Program-made: the position numbers and the translations under genes
The notes under the pieces: model-generated
Told to the model about the DNA's origin: nothing
The model's database searches: none
The model's input: the letters and a program-made list of their open reading frames with translations, nothing else
Origin: Lentimicrobiaceae bacterium
GTDB taxonomy: Bacteria > Bacteroidota > Bacteroidia > Bacteroidales > F082
Direction: 5' to 3'
Assembly (NCBI GenBank): GCA_015061365.1
Contig: SUWS01000002.1
Location: 22,806-86,805 of the forward strand
Length of the DNA: 64,000 nt
In this document: one piece after another, positions 9,524-19,596 of the stretch
Position numbering within the stretch: the first letter of the stretch is position 1
How the letters are laid out: every line of letters begins with the position of its first letter

Positions 9524-10774
9524 ATGAAAATACTTTGGATAACTAATTTATTATTTCCAGAAGCAATGTCACGTATGACTGGGAATTGTGAATTAAAAAC
9601 AACAGGTGGTTGGATGTTAGGGTTGTCTGATATATTGGTTGAACAGAGTGGTGTCTGTCTGTCTGTTGCTACAGTATCAAACCTAGTAAAATCGCTAACA
9701 AGAATAAAGGGTAAGAATATAACCTATTATGTAATCCCTTTAGGAAAAGGGAATATAGTATATAACAAAACATACGAATTGTATTGGAAGCAGATAAAAA
9801 AAGAGGTTCAACCAGATGTTGTACATATACATGGAACCGAATTTACCCATGGTTTAGCATATGTTAATGCATGTGGGAATGAGAAGATTGTCGTGTCGAT
9901 ACAAGGATTAAAATATGGTATAGCTCCATACTATTGCGCAGGATTGACATGGAAAGAAATCTATAGAAACATTACATTTCACGATATTTTTAAAGGAGGA
10001 ATATACAAAGAGCAACGCAGATTCTATCGAACTGCTAAACTAGAAATAGATATTCTTCGTAAGGTGAATCATATTATAGGTAGAACTTCATGGGATATGG
10101 CATACGTACGAGCAATAAATCCAGATGCAACATATCACTGTTGTAATGAAATCCTTAGAAAAGAATTTTATGACAATGATTATTGGGAATATGAAAAATG
10201 TACAAAACATTCTATATTCCTCAGTCAAGCAGGCTATCCTGTAAAAGGACTACATCAAGTTATAAATGCTTTACCTTTTGTACAACATTATTATCCTGAT
10301 ACAACTATCCGCATAGCAGGTCGTGATATAACATACAATAAAGGATTATGGGGAATATTACATTTTACTGGATATGGTAAAATTATAAAGGATTTGATAA
10401 GAAAATACCATATGGAACATAAGATTATTTTCTTAGGTCATCTTAATGCAAAACAAATGAAACAAGAATACCTACATTGCAATCTTTTTATATGTCCGTC
10501 ATCAATAGAGAACTCTCCTAATTCATTGGGAGAAGCTCAAATATTGGGCGTTCCGTGTATTGCTAGTTATGTTGGAGGCATACCTGATATGATGCAAAAT
10601 AATGAAAATGGATTATATAGATTTGAAGAAATTGAGATGTTAGCAAATAAAATATGTAGTGTGTTTGATAATGTAGATATGGATATGATTGGTGCAATGA
10701 GAGTTCAAGCAAAAGAACGTCATAATGCTAATAACAATGTATTACAATTATTATCAATATACAATCATTTATAA
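9524..10774 (+). CDS. Glycosyltransferase family 4 (GT-B)
   Basis: C-terminal NSPNSLGEAQILGVPCIASYVGGIPDMMQNNENGLY motif. Confidence 0.75.
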   Translation: MKILWITNLLFPEAMSRMTGNCELKTTGGWMLGLSDILVEQSGVCLSVATVSNLVKSLTRIKGKNITYYVIPLGKGNIVYNKTYELYWKQIKKEVQPDVVHIHGTEFTHGLAYVNACGNEKIVVSIQGLKYGIAPYYCAGLTWKEIYRNITFHDIFKGGIYKEQRRFYRTAKLEIDILRKVNHIIGRTSWDMAYVRAINPDATYHCCNEILRKEFYDNDYWEYEKCTKHSIFLSQAGYPVKGLHQVINALPFVQHYYPDTTIRIAGRDITYNKGLWGILHFTGYGKIIKDLIRKYHMEHKIIFLGHLNAKQMKQEYLHCNLFICPSSIENSPNSLGEAQILGVPCIASYVGGIPDMMQNNENGLYRFEEIEMLANKICSVFDNVDMDMIGAMRVQAKERHNANNNVLQLLSIYNHL

Positions 10775-10826
10775 TGCTATATAGACAATCTATATAATTA
10801 TTTGGTAAACTATTTAAAACTGAATA

Positions 10827-12014
10827 ATGGTTAATAAAATTCATAATAACAAATCGAGATACAAACTATTGCTATTTGCTTATTTTTGTGTAATCTTTAC
10901 TTCCCTATGGGAGAATAATATATACACATTATTTGTTTTTTCTTGTATCTGCTGGTTTGTTTTACCTTATAAAAAATATTGGGATAACATAACTATATCA
11001 TTACTTTTTTTCTCATTATTTTATACACTTATGGTATATATTAATGGCAAAAGCAACAGTTATTTTGTGTTACTTTCATATATGATTGCACCTACTGTGT
11101 TTTATCGTTTTGGAAAATTTCTAATGGATTTTATACGGCAAGATATATCACGGCAGATATTTCTAATTTGCAGTATTGTGCTATATTTGGTATATTTGTA
11201 CATATTGACTTTTAGAGATGTGGCATTAGTTGGTCTTGTTAATGAAAGTCGCATATTATTAAACAATGATTCTGAGATGTCTTTTTCAATGAGAGGAATT
11301 GGTGCCACTATGTATGGAATGATGTCATCTATTGGTATAGGTTGTATTAGTAGTATTTTTATAAAGAAACAAAATTTAAGCTTAAAGATCTGCTTTATTG
11401 TTATTACTATATTGTCGATGCTGTGTGTTATACATTTGGTTAATCGTACAGGCATCGTTGTTTTTGCAACTTGCATAGTCATGTCGTTATTGATACATAG
11501 TAAGATGAATCCATACAAAGTGTTTAGTGGATTATTGATAATTGCCGCAGTAGTTTTTATCATAGTTAAGACAGAAATGGTTAATCAAGATATAATTGAT
11601 GCATATGTGTATAGGGAAAGTAGTTCATCAACATCAGATTCAAGTGAATTAGGAGGCCGCTTGGATAATTGGCAAGGTGCTATTGCTGATATGTTTATTC
11701 ATCCATTTGGGTGGACATCTCATGAGTACAATTACGTACATAATTTGTGGATGGATATTGCTCGTGTTGGCGGAATACTTCCATTGATACCGTTTTTATT
11801 TGCTACATTTATATACATAAAAAAAATTATACGATTATCTTTAAAAAAATACTTATCTCATTTCGCGATAATTATCATATCCGTTAATATTGCGATATTC
11901 CTTTCAGTATTCGTTGAACCCGTAATTGAAGCATCGCTTTTATATTTTTGCATAATGATGATGATTTGGGGAATTACAAGTAACTTATCAAGAGAGAATA
12001 TAGCAACTATATAA
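10827..12014 (+). CDS. O-antigen polymerase-like membrane protein (Wzy_C type)
   Basis: Multi-pass membrane protein with NRTGIVVF... and a HNLWMDIARVGGI motif (the HN...G.G loop of the Wzy_C family). Confidence 0.6.
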   Translation: MVNKIHNNKSRYKLLLFAYFCVIFTSLWENNIYTLFVFSCICWFVLPYKKYWDNITISLLFFSLFYTLMVYINGKSNSYFVLLSYMIAPTVFYRFGKFLMDFIRQDISRQIFLICSIVLYLVYLYILTFRDVALVGLVNESRILLNNDSEMSFSMRGIGATMYGMMSSIGIGCISSIFIKKQNLSLKICFIVITILSMLCVIHLVNRTGIVVFATCIVMSLLIHSKMNPYKVFSGLLIIAAVVFIIVKTEMVNQDIIDAYVYRESSSSTSDSSELGGRLDNWQGAIADMFIHPFGWTSHEYNYVHNLWMDIARVGGILPLIPFLFATFIYIKKIIRLSLKKYLSHFAIIIISVNIAIFLSVFVEPVIEASLLYFCIMMMIWGITSNLSRENIATI

Positions 12015-12445
12015 TAAATGAGACAATAAGAATGTTACATTGATTATAGATAAAATGACAATCATACTAAAATACACTTGGATATATTCGCACTCTACTA
12101 ATAAAGATGAGTATGGAAGATCTTTATAGGGGATTTCTATAAATTACTTTGTAGGTGGTTGGTGAATTTTTATCAGAAGATTTTTATTTTTCTTGAAAGA
12201 GCATAGCGAGTTATGTGATTGAATGAAGGACGAAAAGATTTCGATAATAAGCAGAAAGCACGCAAAAGTTTGATTTTCATTGTTAAAGTTAATTTAAATG
12301 GGGAATTTATAGAAGTTCTCTATGTTACTAATACATACAAAAGAAAATTTTAATGGTAAAGATTATAGTGTAAGTTTACCAATATATTATAATGTCATCT
12401 TATGCAGAATAAGTATAATTACACAAATATATTACAACAACATAT

Positions 12446-13348
12446 ATGAAAATAGCAGTTCTTTTGACTTGTTTTAATCGTAAATTCAAAACGTTAAATT
12501 GTTTAAGATCACTATATCATGCACTAGATCTATACAATAAAGATGTAGAAAGTAGGATAGAATTATATATTTACTTAACCGATGATGGTTGCACGGATGG
12601 AACTGGAGAAGAAATTAGAAATAACTATTCTGATAAGAATATAACAATTCTCCAAGGCACGGGAGATCTATATTGGGCTGGCGGGATGCGATTAGCATGG
12701 AATGAAGCCCTTAAAAAACATAATGAATGGGATTTTTATTTATTGTTGAATGATGATGTTGATCTACTTGATAATCTTTTTAGTGAATTGTTAAATACAC
12801 ACAAATATTGTATAGATAATTATAATGAATTAGGAATATACTCTGGGATCACATCATCTAGAACAGACCATGACAAAATGACTTATGGAGGATGTTTGTG
12901 GAAAAATAAATTTTTAGGTTTGTGTACAAGACTTCATCCTAATAACAAGCCACAATTGTGTGATATGACACATGCTAATATTTTATTAGTTTCAAAAAAT
13001 GTAGTTGAAAAAATAGGTATTTTTTATGAGGGATATTGTCATGGAAGTGCTGATTATGACTATTCTATTAAAGCTAAAAATAAAGGAATACCAGTATTAC
13101 TAACTGCCAATTTCTGTGGTAGATGTGATGATGATCATTATTCTGCATCAGAAGTGGAAAATAAAATAAAAAGGATGTCTTCTTCTGAAAGAAAAGAATA
13201 CTTTTTATCCCCTATTCATTCAAGAAAGGATTATCTTATATACATTAGAAGAAATATTCCATTAAAATATCCTTTCGTATATGTATGCCGTATTTTAAAT
13301 GAAAAATGTCCAAAATTATATTATTGGCTAAGTCATCTTGTTAGATAA
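12446..13348 (+). CDS. Glycosyltransferase family 2
   Basis: N-terminus KIAVLLTCFNRK...DDGCTDGT with the LLNDD (DXD) region. Confidence 0.7.
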   Translation: MKIAVLLTCFNRKFKTLNCLRSLYHALDLYNKDVESRIELYIYLTDDGCTDGTGEEIRNNYSDKNITILQGTGDLYWAGGMRLAWNEALKKHNEWDFYLLLNDDVDLLDNLFSELLNTHKYCIDNYNELGIYSGITSSRTDHDKMTYGGCLWKNKFLGLCTRLHPNNKPQLCDMTHANILLVSKNVVEKIGIFYEGYCHGSADYDYSIKAKNKGIPVLLTANFCGRCDDDHYSASEVENKIKRMSSSERKEYFLSPIHSRKDYLIYIRRNIPLKYPFVYVCRILNEKCPKLYYWLSHLVR

Positions 13349-13435
13349 TTCTATAATTCATGTAATATATGCATTATTAAGAGAAAAATTATTCTGATAA
13401 TTATATCTTATTTATTTTGTAACTATATAGATAGT

Positions 13436-14407
13436 ATGAAAAAGAATATAAAGATAGCTTTTGTTGATTTTGCCTCAGATTTTGACATTAGAAATAATGA
13501 ATTCTCAACACTGCTATCAGAACGTTATAACGTAATTATTGACGACGTTTCTCCAGATTACTTATTTTATTCAAATTTTGGACGAGAATATCTCAAATAT
13601 GATTGCGTGAAAATCTTTTATACAGGAGAGTGTATCGTTCCAGATTTTAATTTGTGTGATTATGCAATAGCATTTGATAATTTAACATTTGGAGATAGAT
13701 ATATAAGAGTACCTTTATACGAATTGTTTCAATATGGACAGAGGTATCGAACACTATTGGATAATTCATATAAACGAATAAAAGATAAAAGTGCTTTTTG
13801 TGGATTTGTTGTTTCTAACGATCAAGGTATGCCTGAACGAGAAGAAATGTTTAAGTTGCTTTCTAAATACAAGAAGGTAGATTCTGGAGGTAGATATAAA
13901 AATAACATTGGAGGGGCTGTCAATAATAAATTAGAATTCGACAGACAACATAAGTTTAGCATAGTCTTTGAAAATTGTGCATATCCCAGCTATACAACAG
14001 AAAAGATTGTAGATGCATTTGTTGCTGATACAATACCCATATACTATGGAAATCCTATGATAGGCAAAGAATTTAATACGAAATCTTTTATTAATGTTCA
14101 TGAATTTTCATCATTCGAAAATGCTGTTAAAAGAGTTATTGAAATAGACAATGATCCAGAATTATACGATTCTATAAAATCTGAACCAAAATTAACCGAA
14201 GCTCGTACTAATTGTGAAGAATTAAAATCATTTCTCTATAATATTTTTGATCAAGAAATAGAATGTGCTCGTAGAAGACCCGTAAATACAAGAACTGCTG
14301 AAAAAGAGGAAGAGCAGAAAATTTATGATTGCTACTTGAGAATATTAGGCAGAAAAATAAAAAAAATAAAATCAATAATAAGGAGATTTAAAAATAAGGC
14401 TCTATAA
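13436..14407 (+). CDS. Glycosyltransferase family 10, alpha-1,3/4-fucosyltransferase-like
   Basis: FCGFVVSN..., VDSGGRYKNNIGG, and KFSIVFENCAYPSYTTEKIVDAF...IPIYYG match the conserved FucT motif. Confidence 0.85.
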   Translation: MKKNIKIAFVDFASDFDIRNNEFSTLLSERYNVIIDDVSPDYLFYSNFGREYLKYDCVKIFYTGECIVPDFNLCDYAIAFDNLTFGDRYIRVPLYELFQYGQRYRTLLDNSYKRIKDKSAFCGFVVSNDQGMPEREEMFKLLSKYKKVDSGGRYKNNIGGAVNNKLEFDRQHKFSIVFENCAYPSYTTEKIVDAFVADTIPIYYGNPMIGKEFNTKSFINVHEFSSFENAVKRVIEIDNDPELYDSIKSEPKLTEARTNCEELKSFLYNIFDQEIECARRRPVNTRTAEKEEEQKIYDCYLRILGRKIKKIKSIIRRFKNKAL

Positions 14408-14409
14408 AT

Positions 14410-15003
14410 ATGATTAGAAAATTTTTATACAAAATTATATATTTATACTATCGTATATTGAATATGCCCTCCATCATATTGAATAATGTTAAAATTGGGA
14501 GGTCTTTACATCTCAGAGGTATTTTATATATTAAAAAAGCAAGATGTAAAACAAAGGAATGCATATACATAGGTGATAATGTAAATATTAATAGTTCATT
14601 TAATTCTGACCCTATTGGTGGAGATGGTAGAACTATCTTCTATACTCGATATGGTGGAAAGATAGAAATTGGAAACAATTGTGGAATTTCAAATTCCACA
14701 ATTGTATCTGAAAGTTTGGTTAGAATTGGAGACTACACAAATATAGGGGGAGGAACTAAAATATATGATACTGATTTTCATTCAATAGATCCAGATGTTA
14801 GGTTGCAAGGTGATACAGATATTAAAACGAGACCCATAGTTATAGGCAAAAAAGTATTTATTGGTGGACATTGTATTATTCTAAAAGGAGTAACAGTGGG
14901 AGATGGATCAGTCATTGGTGCTGGTTCTGTTGTTTCTAGAAGTGTTCCTGCAAACGAAATTTGGGCAGGAAATCCTGCAAGGTTCATCAGAAAAGTTAAA
15001 TAA
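14410..15003 (+). CDS. Hexapeptide-repeat O-acetyltransferase
   Basis: IGNNCGISNSTIV, IGDYTNIGGGTKI, IGKKVFIGGHCIILKGVTVGDGSVIGAGSVV. Confidence 0.8.
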   Translation: MIRKFLYKIIYLYYRILNMPSIILNNVKIGRSLHLRGILYIKKARCKTKECIYIGDNVNINSSFNSDPIGGDGRTIFYTRYGGKIEIGNNCGISNSTIVSESLVRIGDYTNIGGGTKIYDTDFHSIDPDVRLQGDTDIKTRPIVIGKKVFIGGHCIILKGVTVGDGSVIGAGSVVSRSVPANEIWAGNPARFIRKVK

Positions 15004-15004
15004 A

Positions 15005-15841
15005 ATGAAGATTTCAGTAATAATTCCCACATATAAGCCTGGTAATTATTTGTGGGAATGTTTGAATTCATTATTGGTACAAACATTCTCAAAAAAAGAT
15101 TTTGAGATCATACTAGTTCTTAATGGATGTAACGACCCATATAAAAGTGAAATACAAAATTATATAGACACTAAAATGCATGGAATAAATATAATTTTTA
15201 TTCATACAATGCAAGGGGGTGTTTCCAACGCACGAAATATTGGTTTAGATAATGCGAAAGGTGAATATGTTACATTTATTGATGATGATGATTTTGTATC
15301 ACCTAAATTTCTTCAAGAGTTATATGATAACGTAACACCCAGTACTATTTCACTCTGTTATCCTTTTGCGTTTAATGATAGTGATAGTGCTACACAAATA
15401 CCATACAGAATAACTGAGGCATACGACTATTGTGTAAAACACAATAAAACCACTTTAATTTCTAAAGTACGTAAATTCTTTTCTGGGCCATGCATGAAAC
15501 TAATTCCTATAAACTTCATTCAAAATCGTCGATATGATGTTAGATTCAAAAATGGGGAAGATTCTCTATTTATGTTTTTAATATCCGATAAAATTAATAA
15601 GGTAAGTTTTACTTCAAAGAATGCCGTGTACTACAGAAGGAATAGGAAAAATAGTGCCATTACACAAAAAAGAAAAGTTCTTGATATCTTAAGAACAGGA
15701 ATAGATTTAATGCTTGAATATTCGAAAATATGGATGTCATCTCCGATACAATATAATTTATCATACTATTTATGTATGATATTTGCAACTATAAAAAATA
15801 TATTATTAAATCTATTCAGAAGTTTAACATTCAAATCGTAA
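15005..15841 (+). CDS. Glycosyltransferase family 2
   Basis: MKISVIIPTYKPGNYL...NARNIGLDNAKGEYVTFIDDDD. I chose the internal ATG at 15005, 2 nt after the upstream stop, rather than the track start 14903, which overlaps the previous gene. Confidence 0.8.
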   Translation: MKISVIIPTYKPGNYLWECLNSLLVQTFSKKDFEIILVLNGCNDPYKSEIQNYIDTKMHGINIIFIHTMQGGVSNARNIGLDNAKGEYVTFIDDDDFVSPKFLQELYDNVTPSTISLCYPFAFNDSDSATQIPYRITEAYDYCVKHNKTTLISKVRKFFSGPCMKLIPINFIQNRRYDVRFKNGEDSLFMFLISDKINKVSFTSKNAVYYRRNRKNSAITQKRKVLDILRTGIDLMLEYSKIWMSSPIQYNLSYYLCMIFATIKNILLNLFRSLTFKS

Positions 15842-15854
15842 ATATCGTATATAA

Positions 15855-16679
15855 ATGACTGATTTCAGTTTTTCTGTTTGCATGTCCGTTTATAAGAATG
15901 ATAATGCGGACGATTTTTTAGTAGCAGTACGTAGTATATATAATCAATCCAAGAAACCGAATGATATAGTCTTGGTTGTTGATGGGCCTATTGGAGAATC
16001 TTTACACAATGCTGTCAATACATTAAAAGATGAAATATCAATCTTAAATGTAATATGGTTACCTGAAAATATGGGACATGCCATTGCCAGACAAACTGGA
16101 TTAGATGCTGCTAAGAATGAATTAATTGCTATTATGGATAGCGACGATATATCTGTATATGACCGGTTTGAAAGACAAATAGCTGCATTTGAACAACATC
16201 CAGAAGTCACTGTGATAGGTGGACTGATAAATGAATTTATAGGCGAGACAAGCAATATTGTGGGTACTCGTATAGTTCCAGAACACGATGACGAGATAAA
16301 AGAATATATGAGGTCACGTTGTCCCATGAACCTGGTCACTGTAATGATGCGTAAGTCACACATACAGAAGGTAGGTGGTTATATAGACTGGTATTGTGAG
16401 GAGGATTATTATCTATGGATTCGTTTGGCTTTAGCAGGATATAGATTCTATAATATTCAAGACAACCTGGTTGATGTACGCACTGGTAAAGGGATGTATC
16501 AGCGACGCGGCGGGTGGAGATATTTCAAGAGCGAAGCAAGCCTGCAATTTTATATGTTCAAAAATGGGGTAATAGGATTTGCTCGATATATTTATAATGT
16601 ATTAATTCGTTTTGCCGTACAGGTTATGATGCCAAACAGACTTCGCGGTTGGGTTTTCAAAACATTTGCAAGAAGCTAA
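15855..16679 (+). CDS. Glycosyltransferase family 2
   Basis: FSVCMSVYKNDN...VLVVDGP...IAIMDSDDIS motif set. Confidence 0.85.
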   Translation: MTDFSFSVCMSVYKNDNADDFLVAVRSIYNQSKKPNDIVLVVDGPIGESLHNAVNTLKDEISILNVIWLPENMGHAIARQTGLDAAKNELIAIMDSDDISVYDRFERQIAAFEQHPEVTVIGGLINEFIGETSNIVGTRIVPEHDDEIKEYMRSRCPMNLVTVMMRKSHIQKVGGYIDWYCEEDYYLWIRLALAGYRFYNIQDNLVDVRTGKGMYQRRGGWRYFKSEASLQFYMFKNGVIGFARYIYNVLIRFAVQVMMPNRLRGWVFKTFARS

Positions 16680-16684
16680 TTATT

Positions 16685-17518
16685 ATGTTTTACTTTAGAA
16701 ATTGGGATTTATTTTGTTGTAAGCTTAGTAAAAGTGGTATATTATTGTGTACTGCTGAACAATCATTAAGGCTTCCCAAAGAAACACGTTTTATTGTTTT
16801 AAAACATGATGTTGAAACTTCTGTCCCCAAAGCATATAGGTTAGCAAAAATAGAGCATAAGCATGGAATATGTGGTTCATACTACGTTCAAGCATATTTG
16901 TTAGAAGACGGTAACAATGTAAGGTTACTGAGAGAGATGCAAGAATGGGGCCATGAAATATCATATCATTATGATGTATTGGATGCACATTCTGGAAACT
17001 ATGAGGCTGCTGAAAAAGATTTCATAAAAAACAGTAACCTATTTATGAAAGAAGGATTCCTTTATGGCACAATATGCCAACACGGAAATCCCATAAAGAA
17101 TCGTGTTGGATATACCTCCAATCGCGATTTCTTTAGGCATAAAGAAATAAGAAATAGATATCCTCAATGGGTTGATGTAGTAGTTGATTATAGCCAATAT
17201 GCCATTAGTGAATATAAGTATATAAGTGATGCCAGTTATAGATGGAACGTTATAACAGAACCTGAAACGAATGACCTGCATCCCTATATCAAAAATGTTA
17301 AAATTGGAAATTTTAGAAATCTCATAGAGCTAATTACGACAGAAGGTTATAGTTTTATTATAAGTACACATCCTCATCGTTGGATGGACAAAGCTTGGAA
17401 AATTTATTCTAAAATTGTACTATTTAGAATTATCCGAAATACTGTTATTGTTATACAAAAAGTACCAGTTTTTAAATGGTTCCTTAATAAGTTTTATTTT
17501 ATAGCAAAAAAAATATGA
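16685..17518 (+). CDS. Polysaccharide deacetylase-like protein (tentative)
   Basis: VLKHDVE...GICGSYYV...WGHEISYHYD resembles CE4-type metal-binding motifs. Start placed at the first ATG after the upstream stop. Confidence 0.4.
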   Translation: MFYFRNWDLFCCKLSKSGILLCTAEQSLRLPKETRFIVLKHDVETSVPKAYRLAKIEHKHGICGSYYVQAYLLEDGNNVRLLREMQEWGHEISYHYDVLDAHSGNYEAAEKDFIKNSNLFMKEGFLYGTICQHGNPIKNRVGYTSNRDFFRHKEIRNRYPQWVDVVVDYSQYAISEYKYISDASYRWNVITEPETNDLHPYIKNVKIGNFRNLIELITTEGYSFIISTHPHRWMDKAWKIYSKIVLFRIIRNTVIVIQKVPVFKWFLNKFYFIAKKI

Positions 17519-17565
17519 AACTACTAATCGTATCTGTCAATGTATCATTTTGAAATTTAACAACT

Positions 17566-18399
17566 ATGAACCAGCAACAATCTGTTCGTGATGTTCAGAT
17601 GAAAATTTTGGATATCATGAAATTTATTGATAATGTATGTAGAAAGAATGGCATTGTCTATTTTATCATGGGCGGTACAGCCTTGGGAGCTGTAAGACAC
17701 GGTGGTTTTATTCCCTGGGATGATGATCTCGACATATTTATGACTCCTACGGAGTATGCAAAATTTAAACATGCCATGGAAAAAGAGGCACATCCTGATT
17801 TTGTAATTCAAGAATGGCGTACTACCGATAAGTATCTTGAATATGCAAAGGTAAGAATGAATGGTACAACTTTCATAGAAGAAAGTCTGAAAGACAGAAA
17901 AAATATGCATCATGGCATATATGTTGACATCATGATGCTTCATAAAGTTCCAACCAATAAGCTTATGCAAAAGATAGTCTATCTTGAAAGTAAATTTGTA
18001 ACGCTCTATGGATTATCATTACATGATTGGAAACCTAAAACGACCTCTCAAAAGATAATACTTAATACTCTCAAGATACTTCCTTGTAATTTTATCGCAA
18101 GAAAGTGTTATCAAAGAATTTATAAATATGAGAATCAAAATGATAAATTTATGTATTGCTATTGGATTACACCTGCCAAGTTCCGTGCAGGATTGTTTGA
18201 ACCAAAGTTCTTCACCGAACCTGTAGATATACCATTTGAAGATACGATATTGCTTGGCTCTAAGTATATTAAAGAATATTTGACATATAGGTATGGTAAT
18301 TATATGAAGCTTCCATCTGAAGAACAACAAAAAGCCGCTGTCCATGCAATGATATACGACACCGAAAAAGATTATAAAGAATACTTAAATAGGATATAA
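17566..18399 (+). CDS. licD: LicD family phosphotransferase
   Basis: MKILDIMKFIDNVCRKNGIVYFIMGGTALGAVRHGGFIPWDDDLDIFM is the LicD signature. Confidence 0.85.
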   Translation: MNQQQSVRDVQMKILDIMKFIDNVCRKNGIVYFIMGGTALGAVRHGGFIPWDDDLDIFMTPTEYAKFKHAMEKEAHPDFVIQEWRTTDKYLEYAKVRMNGTTFIEESLKDRKNMHHGIYVDIMMLHKVPTNKLMQKIVYLESKFVTLYGLSLHDWKPKTTSQKIILNTLKILPCNFIARKCYQRIYKYENQNDKFMYCYWITPAKFRAGLFEPKFFTEPVDIPFEDTILLGSKYIKEYLTYRYGNYMKLPSEEQQKAAVHAMIYDTEKDYKEYLNRI

Positions 18400-18401
18400 A
18401 A

Positions 18402-18824
18402 ATGGATAAAAAATATAAGATAGGATATACGACTGGGGTTTATGATATGTTTCATATTGGTCATTTAAATATTCTACGTAAAGCAAAAGAACAGTGCGAA
18501 ATGCTAATAGTAGGTGTTACAACTGATGAGTTGTGTTATAAGAGAAAAAATAAATATCCTATCATATGTGAGAAAGATCGTATGGAAATAGTTGAGGCAA
18601 TAAAATATGTTGATAAAGTAGTCGCTCAATCTGATATGGAAAAAATACGTCCTGTCAAAGAATTGAACGCAGATGCAGTCTTTGTCGGTTCCGATTGGAA
18701 AGGGACTGAGACATGGAATCAATATGAAAAGGAATTTGCTGAAGTAGGCTGTACCGTTGTCTATTTGGATCACACTGATGGAATTTCATCAACAATTTTA
18801 AGAGAAAAACTAAATAATCAATAA
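18402..18824 (+). CDS. Glycerol-3-phosphate cytidylyltransferase-like (TagD-type) enzyme
   Basis: 140 aa. GYTTGVYDMFHIGHLNILRKAKE carries the HxGH nucleotidyltransferase motif. Confidence 0.8.
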   Translation: MDKKYKIGYTTGVYDMFHIGHLNILRKAKEQCEMLIVGVTTDELCYKRKNKYPIICEKDRMEIVEAIKYVDKVVAQSDMEKIRPVKELNADAVFVGSDWKGTETWNQYEKEFAEVGCTVVYLDHTDGISSTILREKLNNQ

Positions 18825-18830
18825 ATTCAA

Positions 18831-19523
18831 ATGTTTCTCAAATACATCTTCGATCGTATAGTATCATTAATAGGCCTGATTTTTCTATGGCCTATTATGC
18901 TAATAACAGCTATACTTATAAAAATTAAAATGCCTGGTGGTCCGGCATTTTTTGTACAAAAACGAGTAGGGAAGGACGGGAAATTATTTAATTGTCACAA
19001 ATTCCGTTCTATGACGGTTTCTCATAACGGTTCAACTGTATCTGTCGCTGGAGATTCTCGTATAACTCCATTAGGTGCAAAACTACGACATTATAAAATA
19101 GATGAACTTCCGGGTTTATGGGATGTATTTGTAGGCAACATGAGTTTCGTTGGACCAAGACCAGACGTCCCAGGTTATGCAGATAAATTAAAAGGAGAAG
19201 ATCGTGATGTATTAAAACTACGTCCTGGCATTACTGGTCCTGCAACGTTAAAGTATCGTTTGGAAGATGAAATGATTGCACAATTTATTAAGGAAATCAA
19301 AAATGGTAACAATAGTGCCATAAAATCATTCGGTAATCTTCCGGATTTTTCCTCAATGAGTAATCAAGAAATAGCTGTATGGTATAATGATAATATCATA
19401 TATCCAGATAAAGTTCGTATAAATTGTTATTATTACAACAACTATAGTTTTATTAAAGATATTCAGATGATATTTGCTACAGTTTTAGGAAAGAGAATCA
19501 GGTACGGTGAAGAGATAATTTAA
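18831..19523 (+). CDS. Initiating phosphoglycosyl transferase (bacterial sugar transferase family)
   Basis: KRVGKDGKLFNCHKFRSM...DELPGLWDVFVGNMSFVGPRPD...RPGITGPA. Confidence 0.85.
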   Translation: MFLKYIFDRIVSLIGLIFLWPIMLITAILIKIKMPGGPAFFVQKRVGKDGKLFNCHKFRSMTVSHNGSTVSVAGDSRITPLGAKLRHYKIDELPGLWDVFVGNMSFVGPRPDVPGYADKLKGEDRDVLKLRPGITGPATLKYRLEDEMIAQFIKEIKNGNNSAIKSFGNLPDFSSMSNQEIAVWYNDNIIYPDKVRINCYYYNNYSFIKDIQMIFATVLGKRIRYGEEII

Positions 19524-19596
19524 GTCAATTATTTCTCAAATAAAGCCTATACAATACGAAATAACCGCTAAAAGAAATACCTTAATACCCAAAAAT

